From Candidatus Saccharimonadia bacterium (lineage in GTDB: Bacteria > Patescibacteriota > Saccharimonadia > UBA4664), in NCBI GenBank assembly GCA_041743505.1, contig JBGTMQ010000020.1, positions 81,099-145,098 of the forward strand: a stretch of DNA of 64,000 nucleotides, written 5' to 3'. A program made the translations under genes and the position numbers. The stretch's first letter is position 1. Each line of letters begins with the position of its first letter. Below, in pieces: positions 52,660-61,641 of the stretch. Under the pieces are notes generated by a model. It was given only the letters and a program-made list of their open reading frames with translations. It was not told the DNA's origin and ran no database searches.

Positions 52660-53931
52660 ATGACCAACAAGCTGATCGAAAAATTCGTTCGCCTGCGCTC
52701 CTCCGCCACAGCTCCCCGGTATCTGGTAGCCCTCGACATCGGCACCGAATTCGTTAAGGCACTCATCGGCGAGGTCAAAAGCGATACCGTCGAGATTATC
52801 GGCGTTGGCCGCCAGCGCCAGCGCCTCACCGACATGCAGTCGGGCGCCGTCACCGATATCCGCGGTGTGGTCGAAAACTGCGATTTGGCGCTTAAGATGG
52901 CCGAAAAAATGGCCGGCGTAGTTGCCAAAGATGTGGTCGTCGGCATCGCCGGTGAGCTGGTCAAAGGCGCCTCCACCACCGTCCGCTACAAACGCTCCGA
53001 CCCCAGCGCGCCCATTGACATGGCCGAACTCAAAAAAATCCTCGACCGGGTCCAATACCGGGCCTTTGAGCGCGCCCGCCAGCAGCTCACCTGGGAAACC
53101 GGCATGAAAGAAATTGAGGTCAAGCTAGTCAACACCGCCATCGTCGACGTCCAGATCGACGGCTACCGGGTTACCAATCCCATTGGCTTCCAAGGCCGCG
53201 ATGTCTCCATCCAGCTCTTTAACGCCTTTGCCCCCATGGTCCACCTTGGCGCCCTCCAGAGCGTGGCCCAAGACCTCGATCTCAACCTCGTTAGCATCGC
53301 CGCCGAACCATTCGCTGTCGCCAAATCCGTGGGAGGCCAGGATTCGGGTGAATTTTCCGCCATCTTCATCGACATCGGCGGCGGCACCACCGACATTGCC
53401 TTAGTCAACAACGGCGGCGTCGAAGGCACCAAAATGTTCGCCATCGGCGGCCGCAGCTTCACCAAGCGCATCGCTCAGGTGGCCAATGTCAGCTTTGAAA
53501 AAGCCGAAGAAATGAAAATGTCCTACTCCAGCGGCAAACTCGGCCCCAAGGGCGTCAAACTGGTCGAAGAGGCTGTCAATTCCGATATCAAAGTCTGGCT
53601 CTCCGGCGTCGAGCTCAGCCTGGCCGAATTCGACCGCGTCGACCACCTCCCGGCCAAAATCCTGCTCTGCGGCGGCGGTACCGGCCTGCCCCAAATCATG
53701 GACGCTCTCAAGGGTGCCGATTGGTACAAAAACCTGCCCTTCGCCCGCAAGCCGGTCATCGCGCATATCAGCCCCACCGAGGTCAACCGCGTTATCGACA
53801 AAACCGGCAAACTCGTCAGCTACGCCGACATCACACCCATGGGCCTGGCCAATCTCGGCCTCGACACTGCGGGCGGCGGCACCGTCACCGAAACCCTTAT
53901 CAAAAAACTATCCCGCGCTATCTCGGCGTGA
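52660..53931 (+). CDS. ftsA: cell division protein FtsA-like actin-family ATPase
   Basis: ALDIGTEFVKALIGE, GIAGELV, IDIGGGTTDIAL and LCGGGTGLPQI actin-fold motifs; 423 aa. No ftsZ follows. Confidence 0.75.
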   Translation: MTNKLIEKFVRLRSSATAPRYLVALDIGTEFVKALIGEVKSDTVEIIGVGRQRQRLTDMQSGAVTDIRGVVENCDLALKMAEKMAGVVAKDVVVGIAGELVKGASTTVRYKRSDPSAPIDMAELKKILDRVQYRAFERARQQLTWETGMKEIEVKLVNTAIVDVQIDGYRVTNPIGFQGRDVSIQLFNAFAPMVHLGALQSVAQDLDLNLVSIAAEPFAVAKSVGGQDSGEFSAIFIDIGGGTTDIALVNNGGVEGTKMFAIGGRSFTKRIAQVANVSFEKAEEMKMSYSSGKLGPKGVKLVEEAVNSDIKVWLSGVELSLAEFDRVDHLPAKILLCGGGTGLPQIMDALKGADWYKNLPFARKPVIAHISPTEVNRVIDKTGKLVSYADITPMGLANLGLDTAGGGTVTETLIKKLSRAISA

Positions 53932-54038
53932 CAGAAGCTTTCTCGGTTGTTAGCCATTGACAAGCGCTAGAATAATTGTTATAATTATATATCAATCCGC
54001 TCGAATCGTTACCCGCCATTCCTAACTGGAGGTTTGTA

Positions 54039-54389
54039 GTGTCCCAGGAACATGCGATTGATGTCACCCTATACGGTACCTACAGCGGAGCGGAGATCAT
54101 CGCCGCCGCCAAAAAAACTGCTGATTCGAGGGCAAGATTCCATTCCAAGAAGCCCTATGGAGAATCCTTGCCTTGGATTGGCCAGATATCAGAGTATGGC
54201 TACGAGCACGTTCTCGTAGCCACATCTCGAGATGAATTCGCCATCCTGCCTGAGGCGGATTATACCCAAGTTGTCCTCATGAACTACGCCTGGCCCGTTC
54301 ATGTGCAGGTCGTAGGCTACAGTGACGAGCGCATCTTTGAAGAGCTCCAGCAGTTTGCTGCTACTCTTAAGCGGAATCTTCGGCGCTGA
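54039..54389 (+). CDS. hypothetical protein
   Basis: 116 aa ORF followed by terminator 54413-54445 (ccccgaacc-cttaat-ggttcgggg + T-rich). Confidence 0.5.
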   Translation: MSQEHAIDVTLYGTYSGAEIIAAAKKTADSRARFHSKKPYGESLPWIGQISEYGYEHVLVATSRDEFAILPEADYTQVVLMNYAWPVHVQVVGYSDERIFEELQQFAATLKRNLRR

Positions 54390-54412
54390 ACATCTGAATA
54401 AGGCTTATCATA

Positions 54413-54445
54413 CCCCGAACCCTTAATGGTTCGGGGTACTCTCTT
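54413..54445 (+). terminator. rho-independent terminator
   Basis: Perfect 9-bp stem with 6-nt loop, then tactctctttgcc. Confidence 0.6.
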
Positions 54446-54861
54446 TGCCACGCGAGCTAGGCTTTACGGGCCTTTATGGTAACGACGCAGACATCAAAGC
54501 CAAGTTTCTTGAGCTCAATCACCAGTCTCCATTCCGGCTTGGTTTCGAAGCTATTTACACGTTTCCCAGAAGTGCCAGCAAGCCGATATGACCTTAAGCT
54601 GGCCGTGAATGGCTATCTCCGGTCATCTTACCGCGGCATTCCAATCTACGGAACATCACCGGCCAGGTGGCTGAATACGACTAAAATGAAGACGCTGTTA
54701 CTGAGGACCAAAGAAGACTTACTTGGACGTCCATCTCCGCCAAATAATTAACTAGTCGTGAGTTCAAAAACCTCTATAGCATGAAAGTGAGGGCTGTATA
54801 ATAATTCATGCCATGGCTATCTTCTCTAAGGGCTCGGTACTGATCTAACTTATAAGGTACC

Positions 54862-54961
54862 TACTCTCCTGAGGAGAGCGTTTGGTTTTTGTTGGCCTAT
54901 AAATCACTATAACAAGCCATTATTCAATGGTAACTGGCAGCTTACTCTCCCCAGGAGAGTA
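54862..54961 (+). repeat. E5: 100-bp paired-palindrome element, arm-sequence variant (arms 54862-54880 and 54943-54961, core CAAGCCA 54913-54919)
   Basis: Arms tactctcctgaggagagcg and tactctccccaggagagta (half-site TACTCTCC instead of TACTGCCC). Arm-to-core distance 34 and core-to-arm distance 24 are identical to E1-E3. Confidence 0.75.
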
Positions 54962-55130
54962 CCTATTGAAAAGTCTAGCCGGTATCCTGTGAGACTCGTG
55001 GAGCTGGAGCCGAATTCTTACGGTCACCAGGGGCCAGGTTTTAGAATTCACGGAACTAGACATTTACAAATCAGCAATAATATGCTATTATAATAGATGT
55101 CCGCTCTTCTACAACTCAGAAGGAACCGAA

Positions 55131-55559
55131 ATGTCTCGGCGCACCAAGCTCCTGCTCGTCGGAATTGCTGCGGCCCTAATCATCGTTAGTGGCCTGGCGT
55201 ACATCCTTACGCGCGGAAACGACCGACCGGCACCTCAGGCCAACGGCGCCAATGCCGGGGTAATGTCGCCGGCTAGTCCTGTCCCAAGCGTTAGCACAAC
55301 GCAGCCAGCTAGTCCAATCATTAATGTCGTCGACTGCATCGGTAACGGTGCCACCTGCGAAGGCAGCCTAAACGGCTCGGATGGTGAGGTTCGTGTCACC
55401 AACAACACCAGTCACAACTGGCGGCTCAAGCTCACTTGTAACCACAGTGGTGACCAATGGAGCAGCTTAAATCAGCCATCAGCTGGCACAGTAACATCAC
55501 AGGCAAGCTGTAAGCATGGCGCACCAGCCCTCTACTGGAATGTCATATCACAGCCATAG
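55131..55559 (+). CDS. membrane-anchored Cys-containing small secreted protein
   Basis: AAGGAA SD. N-terminal TM helix. 142 aa. Terminator 55589-55622 follows. Confidence 0.5.
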   Translation: MSRRTKLLLVGIAAALIIVSGLAYILTRGNDRPAPQANGANAGVMSPASPVPSVSTTQPASPIINVVDCIGNGATCEGSLNGSDGEVRVTNNTSHNWRLKLTCNHSGDQWSSLNQPSAGTVTSQASCKHGAPALYWNVISQP

Positions 55560-55588
55560 CCTGGCAACACCCATAATCCAGCCCCACC

Positions 55589-55622
55589 GGCGCGTTCTCT
55601 CACGAGGACGCGCCATTTCTTT
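55589..55622 (+). terminator. rho-independent terminator (11-bp stem with wobble, T-tract)
   Basis: ggcgcgttctc-tcac-gaggacgcgcc followed by atttcttt. A second hairpin (ttctggcaa-n10-ttgccagaa, 55638-55665) preceded by A7 could terminate - strand transcription. Confidence 0.6.
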
Positions 55623-55858
55623 GCCCAAACAAAAAAATTCTGGCAAACATTACTGCTTGCCAGAACCATGCTGGTCTTACTTGCGGTATCTCCACAGGCC
55701 ATAGCCAACCAGGCTAACGATGCCCACAAACCCGATCAGGAAATTGTTGAAACATCCCCCGAATTCTACCCGACGAATGAGCCCAGACACGCTTACCTCC
55801 CTTGAGAACAACCAGTGATTTGGCCAGCAATAACAACTTAGCAAACAGCCCCAAGACG

Positions 55859-56356
55859 TCAACCAGCCAGCGGCCGGCCGTCCAGCAACCGGGCATACGT
55901 TGCGCACCAAACCGCCATCTTTACGGGAGCGACTGCGCACCAAGATTGATAGACTAACCCGGATGTGTTCCCGGACCACCATAGCTTGCTGGCAAAAATC
56001 CGGCCGTCGGGCAACCTCACCCGGTAATAGTCACGGAACTTGGCCGGATTCGAGTATCCTGTAAATATCGCATCGCCCTTGACGCCAATATGGAATAGGG
56101 CATACGCCTCACTGCCATTGGGGTGACGGACTACAGCCTCGATAGCCCGGATCCTTTGATGAGTCTTCGCGTGTATGTCTGGTGAACCGCAATGCAGAAT
56201 CTCGACGGTACCTTCATCAGCCACCTCTGCGCAGCACTTAAAGAACATATCCCAGTCGTCATCGCCGGCCTTAGCCAGCGATGTAATGCTAGGAATGCGG
56301 AACTTCTTGGGAGTGCGGCCGCGGGCGGCGCTGATCGCTGTAACTGTTGCATTCAT
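55859..56356 (-). CDS. hypothetical protein
   Basis: GGGAGG SD 4 nt upstream of ATG 56356. 165 aa. Confidence 0.55.
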   Translation of the reverse strand: MNATVTAISAARGRTPKKFRIPSITSLAKAGDDDWDMFFKCCAEVADEGTVEILHCGSPDIHAKTHQRIRAIEAVVRHPNGSEAYALFHIGVKGDAIFTGYSNPAKFRDYYRVRLPDGRIFASKLWWSGNTSGLVYQSWCAVAPVKMAVWCATYARLLDGRPLAG

Positions 56357-56449
56357 GGTGCCTCCCAGTTAGAGATGGGATTCTAATATTTTAACAAAAA
56401 AACCGCCTCCTCGCCCAAAAAGAGGCGAGAAGGCGGCAATCACAGCTGG

Positions 56450-56584
56450 TTACGCGAACCAGCTTATGATGGCGTATCCCACGCCGGTTGCGGCAAGGAA
56501 GCCAAGGCCGGCGAACGCGATGACTGTCACGACGCAGCCTTCATTTGGAGTAGCAGGAGTGCTTGCGGTGGGCCGGTTAAGCAT
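56450..56584 (-). CDS. small hydrophobic peptide (44 aa)
   Basis: GGAGGA SD 5 nt upstream of ATG 56584. C-terminal TM helix. Followed (lower coordinates) by a hairpin plus T7 terminator at about 56395-56437. Confidence 0.4.
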   Translation of the reverse strand: MLNRPTASTPATPNEGCVVTVIAFAGLGFLAATGVGYAIISWFA

Positions 56585-56824
56585 GTTTCCTCCAGCGAAT
56601 CTACAGAATGGGCTAGACGGCTCAAGGGCGCCTCTTCCTGCCGCCAGGATGGCACTCTCAGTAGCCCAGCTAACCATAATAAATTAACAAAAAATGTTAA
56701 CTATGTCAAAACAGATTATAAGATATAACCTCCCTCATATTGCCGGCAGAAATTCAGCGTCCAGACATGAAAAAGGCCCGGATAAGTGCTCCGGGCCTTC
56801 CTCGACAGTCGTGTGGATGTGATG

Positions 56825-57820
56825 CTACGACTGCTTACGGCAGACGTACTTGACGAAGATCTCAACGATCTTCTCCAACGGGAGCCGGGTCGGCTCCGTG
56901 TTGGGTGCCGTCCGGCTGCCGTTCAACAGGCAGCCAGCCTGCGGGAAGAAGTGCCAGCGGTCGGCTTCGGGGTTGGTCCCCTCTGCGGTCAGCTCGGCTT
57001 CCGTCAGCGTGCAGGTTCCGCCTGCGGCCTCGATCTCAGCGATCCGGATGGCGGCTGCCACCTGGCTGATATCGAGTTGGTTCTTCTCGTTCACGAAGAC
57101 CTGAACCTGGCCTTGGCCGTTCATCTGAATCACGGCAGCCTTGTAGCCACCATGCTCTGAGAACGCATTGGCCTTGGCCCTGTCCTCATCGGTCTCCATA
57201 ACGGCCAGCCGCAACGGCAATCCCTTCTTGCTGGTCTGCTCCAGGTCTACGACCTGAGCTCCTCGTACTGCACGCTTACCACCACGGTGGAATTTCTTGG
57301 CCCGCTGAACGAACGCGTCGATCAGCGTTGTCATGACGTCCATCACGTACTCGGGTTCGTCAGGGAAGGTTTCGTTCAAAGCCTTGATCTGGTCGCCCAG
57401 ATCAAACTTGGAGCCTTTGCCTTCCAGGTCGTGAGCGTTCACGTACGCCAACAGTTCCTTGAGCTCGGGGAGCTCGGAAACCGGCTGGCCACGTAGTGGC
57501 CCACTCTTGATGAAGATGGACTCCGCCACTAGCACAGCAGCGCACTTGCCTTCCACCCGGTCTTGTCCAGGGTAGGGGTGCTCGTTGTACCGGCCTCTGC
57601 CTACGCCGAAAGCGACGTAGTCATTCGGACCGGACAGGTCGAGCGTCCCGGCATCTACGAATTCCCAGTGGGCTTCGATGATGCCGGGGAACATACGCGC
57701 ACCGTACCGGCTGGCGATGTAGAACGCCACCCCCTCGTCAATGTGCGGTTCGAGGTGCGTGATAACACGCTCAACCCGGCGGGGACGGAAGGTCTGGGGA
57801 GGCGTGGAGTTCTGTGTCAT
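56825..57820 (-). CDS. hypothetical protein
   Basis: 331 aa ORF with a terminator hairpin at 56773-56800 (ggcccgga-taagtgc-tccgggcc + T5 on the - strand). No confident family. Confidence 0.5.
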   Translation of the reverse strand: MTQNSTPPQTFRPRRVERVITHLEPHIDEGVAFYIASRYGARMFPGIIEAHWEFVDAGTLDLSGPNDYVAFGVGRGRYNEHPYPGQDRVEGKCAAVLVAESIFIKSGPLRGQPVSELPELKELLAYVNAHDLEGKGSKFDLGDQIKALNETFPDEPEYVMDVMTTLIDAFVQRAKKFHRGGKRAVRGAQVVDLEQTSKKGLPLRLAVMETDEDRAKANAFSEHGGYKAAVIQMNGQGQVQVFVNEKNQLDISQVAAAIRIAEIEAAGGTCTLTEAELTAEGTNPEADRWHFFPQAGCLLNGSRTAPNTEPTRLPLEKIVEIFVKYVCRKQS

Positions 57821-57960
57821 TACAAATCACATCCAAACTGTCGAGGGGCTGTATCGCACTGAATGCACGATAACTTAACTATTATAGCATAACTGTGATA
57901 AAAATGCAATACTTTTATACCACTCCTGCACAAACATAAGCTTTGTGATAGTCTTAGAGC

Positions 57961-59700
57961 ATGAAAGATAGTGCCCTCTACCTCGAGGTAGACGAGGATA
58001 TCACCTCAGCCATCGATAAACTGACCAAGCTGCCGGAAGATTCGGTGCGGGTTGTGGTGCCCAAACGGTCCACTATGCTCCAAAGCATCATCAATCTGAA
58101 GCTCCTGAAAAAGGCCGCCGAAGATGCCGGCAAAAAGCTGGTCCTGGTTACCGGGGACCGGGTGGCCACAGACCTGGCCGGCCGGGTTGGCCTGGCCGTG
58201 GCGCCGAGCCTTGGCTCTGAGGCGGTGCTGGCCGAAGCCAAGACGCCTGAGCCGCCGGCCGCCGACGAGGTCATTGAGGCCGATGAACCCGACCCGTCCA
58301 AGGAGCCGGCTGAGGCCTTGGTTGCCGCTGGAGGTCAATCGGCTGCGGCCGCTGTCGAGCCAGTCGCTGCCAAATCAGAGGCCAAACGCCCACTAATATT
58401 TGCCCGGCGCAAGCTCGAGGATAAGCCGGCAGCACCGTCGGCCGCCGCGGCCGTCGTGGCCGACCCGGTCAAGGCTGGCAGTCCTGATGCCGCCGACGCC
58501 GCAGCTAGCCCCAAAGTGCCAAACTTCGGCCAGCTGCAACGCCGCTTGCTATGGATCGGGCTGGCTGTAGCATTGGTAGGCGGCTATTGGCTGGCTATGT
58601 ACCTTTTTGCCTCAGCCAAGGTCACGCTCTACGCCATTGGCAGTAAAGTTAACATCGATATGACCTTCGCCGCCGATCCGGGACTCAAGCAAACCGATAC
58701 CGCCAAGGGCGTATTGGCTGGCCAAACAGTCACCTTCAGCAAGGATGTATCGGCCTCATTCACCCCGACCGGGCAAAAAGACGTCGGCACTAAAGCCAGC
58801 GGCACTATGACAGTCAAGAACGAATTCGACGCCAACGCTCATCCGCTCCAGTCCGGCACGCGCTTCCAGGCGCCGGACGGCAAGATGTTCCGGTCCACAG
58901 CCGATATCGTCGTGCCGGGTGCGGTACCGACCATTCAAAACGGTCAATTGGCTTTGAGCCCCGGCACCACCACCGTTAATGTCATCGCCGACCAGAACGG
59001 CGACAGCTACAACGAAGGCCCGGCCAGGTACACAATTCCCGGTCTGCCAGCCAACCAGCAAGCCAAAATTTATGGCCAGGGCGCTCAGATGTCGGGCGGC
59101 ACAAGCAAGGTCGTCACCGTCGTAACGCAGGCCGATGTCGATAAAGCCAAGGCCGAAGCGCTCGCCAAAGACAAAGATGCCGGCCTGCATGATCTGGACG
59201 GGCGCGTTCCCAGCGGCTATATCGGCCTGTCTGGTTCACAAAAGCAAACCACCTCCAGTGCTATCTCCACCCCAGGAGTTGATAACGAAGCCACCACGGC
59301 TACGCTCGCCGTCAAGATTTCCTATACCCAACTCGCCGTCAAGAAATCCGAATACGAAGACTTAGTCGAAGCCAAAGAACAAAAGCAGTTTGGTGATAAC
59401 AGCCAGGTTTATGATGACGGGCTTGATAGCGCCGAGTTGACCGCCAGTCCGCCCGAGGCTTCCGGCCGTCAAACTTTCCAGCTCACCACCGAAGCCTATG
59501 GCGGCGCCAAGCTAGATAAAACCGCCATCGCCACAGCCATTAAAGGCAAAAAATACGGTGACGCCTCCGATGCCGCTACCCAGTATCCGGGCGTGCGCCG
59601 CGCCGAAATCAGTCTTTCGCCTGCCTGGTCTACCCGTCTCCCCGGCCGCGCCAGCCAGATCACCGTTGACATTAAGGTCGCCGACAGCAAGGATAATTAG
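57961..59700 (+). CDS. membrane protein with large extracytoplasmic domain
   Basis: N-terminal soluble approx 80-aa domain, Ala/Pro-rich linker, single TM helix LLWIGLAVALVGGYWLAMYLF, and about 370-aa Thr/Gly/Ser-rich extracellular part. Confidence 0.55.
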   Translation: MKDSALYLEVDEDITSAIDKLTKLPEDSVRVVVPKRSTMLQSIINLKLLKKAAEDAGKKLVLVTGDRVATDLAGRVGLAVAPSLGSEAVLAEAKTPEPPAADEVIEADEPDPSKEPAEALVAAGGQSAAAAVEPVAAKSEAKRPLIFARRKLEDKPAAPSAAAAVVADPVKAGSPDAADAAASPKVPNFGQLQRRLLWIGLAVALVGGYWLAMYLFASAKVTLYAIGSKVNIDMTFAADPGLKQTDTAKGVLAGQTVTFSKDVSASFTPTGQKDVGTKASGTMTVKNEFDANAHPLQSGTRFQAPDGKMFRSTADIVVPGAVPTIQNGQLALSPGTTTVNVIADQNGDSYNEGPARYTIPGLPANQQAKIYGQGAQMSGGTSKVVTVVTQADVDKAKAEALAKDKDAGLHDLDGRVPSGYIGLSGSQKQTTSSAISTPGVDNEATTATLAVKISYTQLAVKKSEYEDLVEAKEQKQFGDNSQVYDDGLDSAELTASPPEASGRQTFQLTTEAYGGAKLDKTAIATAIKGKKYGDASDAATQYPGVRRAEISLSPAWSTRLPGRASQITVDIKVADSKDN

Positions 59701-59701
59701 G

Positions 59702-60088
59702 ATGAAACGTTACCTCGGCGTCGATTATGGAGCCAAACGGGTCGGCCTGGCCGTCGCCGACAGTGAGGCCAAGCTGGCCCAGCCCCTCACCACCGTCGCG
59801 CCGCACGAGTTGGTGGACACCATCCAGCGTGAGGGGCCGTTTGACGTCATTGTAGTAGGTCTGCCACGCAGCCTGGATGGCAATGACACGCCGCAGACCC
59901 TGGCTGTGCGCCGCTTCACCGACGACCTGCTGGGCCCTTTAAAGGCCGAGGTTATGTTCCAAGACGAAGCCGGCACCTCCAGTCTGGCCGAAGACCGGCT
60001 ACAAGAGGCCGGCAAGCCGTTCAAACCCGAACAGATCGACGCTGAGGCTGCGGCCATCATCCTGCAGGACTACTTGGACCAACCATGA
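59702..60088 (+). CDS. ruvX: Holliday-junction-resolvase-like pre-16S rRNA nuclease RuvX/YqgF
   Basis: MKRYLGVDYGAKRVGLAVAD and VVVGLPRSLDG motifs. AAGGA SD. The tool ORF is extended upstream. Confidence 0.8.
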   Translation: MKRYLGVDYGAKRVGLAVADSEAKLAQPLTTVAPHELVDTIQREGPFDVIVVGLPRSLDGNDTPQTLAVRRFTDDLLGPLKAEVMFQDEAGTSSLAEDRLQEAGKPFKPEQIDAEAAAIILQDYLDQP

Positions 60089-61095
60089 CAATCCGCCAGG
60101 CCCGTTTGCGTCGCCGTCAGACGATACTGTATATCGCCGTGGCCGCGGTGGTTATCTTGTTCCTGGGCGTTTATGGCACCTATCGTCTTGACCTCCAGCC
60201 CGCTGCCGGCTCGGGCGGCTCACAACGGTTTGAAGTCAAGGCAGGGGAGCGGGCGCCGCAAATTGCCACCAGACTCAAAGAAGCCGGCCTTATCCGCAAT
60301 CGCAACGCCTTTTTGACCTATATCAATTTCCACGGCCTTCGCACCCGCCTCAAAGCCGGCGTCTATGCACTGTCACCCACGAAGTCAGGCCAAACCATCG
60401 CCCGGCTTCTAACCGATGGCCGGGTGGATGCCAAGCGGCTAGTAGTACCGGAGGGGTCCAAGCTAGCCGACATCGAACAGCTGGCGGCACGGCATGGTAT
60501 CACAGCCACCGACTTTAAGGCCGCCCTGGCTGCGCCACATTCAGACGCATTCTTGTCAGGCAAGCCGGCCACCGTCAGTCTCGAAGGCTATCTGTTCCCG
60601 GACTCATACCAGATCGAATCGAACACCACGGCTGCCATGCTCGTAAACACCATGCTCAAGACCTTCGGCCAACGGGTCGGGCCGGAATACGTCCGCGCTT
60701 TCGCCGCGCAAGGGTTAACCCTGCACCAGGGTCTAACAGTGGCCTCGATCGTCGAGCGGGAAGTCAGCCGGCCTGAAGACCGCCCGGTCGTCGCTCAAGT
60801 CTTTTTGAAGCGTTTCCGTGAAGGCATAGCCCTAGGCTCCGATCCGACTACCGATTACGCCGCCGCCCTAACAGGTGTGCCCTTCAATCTTTCCCTGGAC
60901 TCGCCCTACAACACCTACCGCTACGCCGGCTTGCCGCCCGGCCCCATTTGTAGCCCGGGCTTGCCGGCCATGGATGCTGTCGCCCGCCCAGCCGATACCA
61001 GCTACTTGTACTTCCTGTCGGATAAAACAGGCAAGACACACTACACCAAGACATTCGCCGAGCACCAACGCAACATTGATAAATACTTGCGATAA
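60085..61095 (+). CDS. mltG: endolytic murein transglycosylase MltG (YceG family)
   Basis: N-terminal TM helix, a YceG-like domain with LVVPEG and SPYNTYRYAGLPPGPICSPG. ATGA overlap with ruvX. Confidence 0.85.
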   Translation: MTIRQARLRRRQTILYIAVAAVVILFLGVYGTYRLDLQPAAGSGGSQRFEVKAGERAPQIATRLKEAGLIRNRNAFLTYINFHGLRTRLKAGVYALSPTKSGQTIARLLTDGRVDAKRLVVPEGSKLADIEQLAARHGITATDFKAALAAPHSDAFLSGKPATVSLEGYLFPDSYQIESNTTAAMLVNTMLKTFGQRVGPEYVRAFAAQGLTLHQGLTVASIVEREVSRPEDRPVVAQVFLKRFREGIALGSDPTTDYAAALTGVPFNLSLDSPYNTYRYAGLPPGPICSPGLPAMDAVARPADTSYLYFLSDKTGKTHYTKTFAEHQRNIDKYLR

Positions 61096-61158
61096 TAAAA
61101 AGTCTGTAGCCGGGAAAATAGTTAAGGGCCACTTGTCACACAAGTGGCCCCAGCGTAC

Positions 61159-61512
61159 TTAGTGCTCATTGAGCCGGCTGATGAGAGCGGTCACGGCTGC
61201 CTCGACGAAGCGCTCCGGTTCGGCCTCCAAAAGATCGGGTATCCGCTCGTAAACAGACGATTGGGCTTCGGAGATCGTGGTGTGATCGGTGTAAAGACTG
61301 AAACTGTAATGCTTGTCTCTCTCGGGCGAGTAAACACTGACCTCTACGACATTAAACCACTCGGTTTCAACGCCCCGGCTTTGCGCTTCTTGGCGGAACA
61401 CAGCAACAGCTGCCTGGCCTGCTTCCTGCATCCTTTCCCATATCTTCCGGCGCCGGGCAGTTTCCGTCAGGATCTCTTCCAGCTTCTCCTGGGCAATCTC
61501 GTCATAGGACAT
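61159..61512 (-). CDS. hypothetical protein (117 aa)
   Basis: GGAG 6 nt upstream of ATG 61512 (the tool ORF starts earlier at 61572). Confidence 0.5.
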   Translation of the reverse strand: MSYDEIAQEKLEEILTETARRRKIWERMQEAGQAAVAVFRQEAQSRGVETEWFNVVEVSVYSPERDKHYSFSLYTDHTTISEAQSSVYERIPDLLEAEPERFVEAAVTALISRLNEH

Positions 61513-61641
61513 GCTCGCTCCTCGGGCCTCTGGCTGAACGGTGAACAATGATACAATATTCCATTTTACCATTTAGTCAATGTTAAGCCAGATTGACACC
61601 GAGCTTGTCGCCTACAACTGGCTTACGGTATAGTTCTTCGC

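Noticed and set aside
52558-53055. ORFs 52558-53055 (-) and 52614-52979 (-) antisense to ftsA
   Set aside because: Fully antisense to a confidently assigned gene; spurious high-GC open frames.
55677-55982. ORF 55677-55982 (-) with a TM-like C-terminus ending just upstream of a hairpin + A7
   Set aside because: It overlaps CDS 55859-56356 by 124 nt in another frame and has no internal start codon after the overlap. A small independent membrane peptide cannot be excluded but is not supportable.
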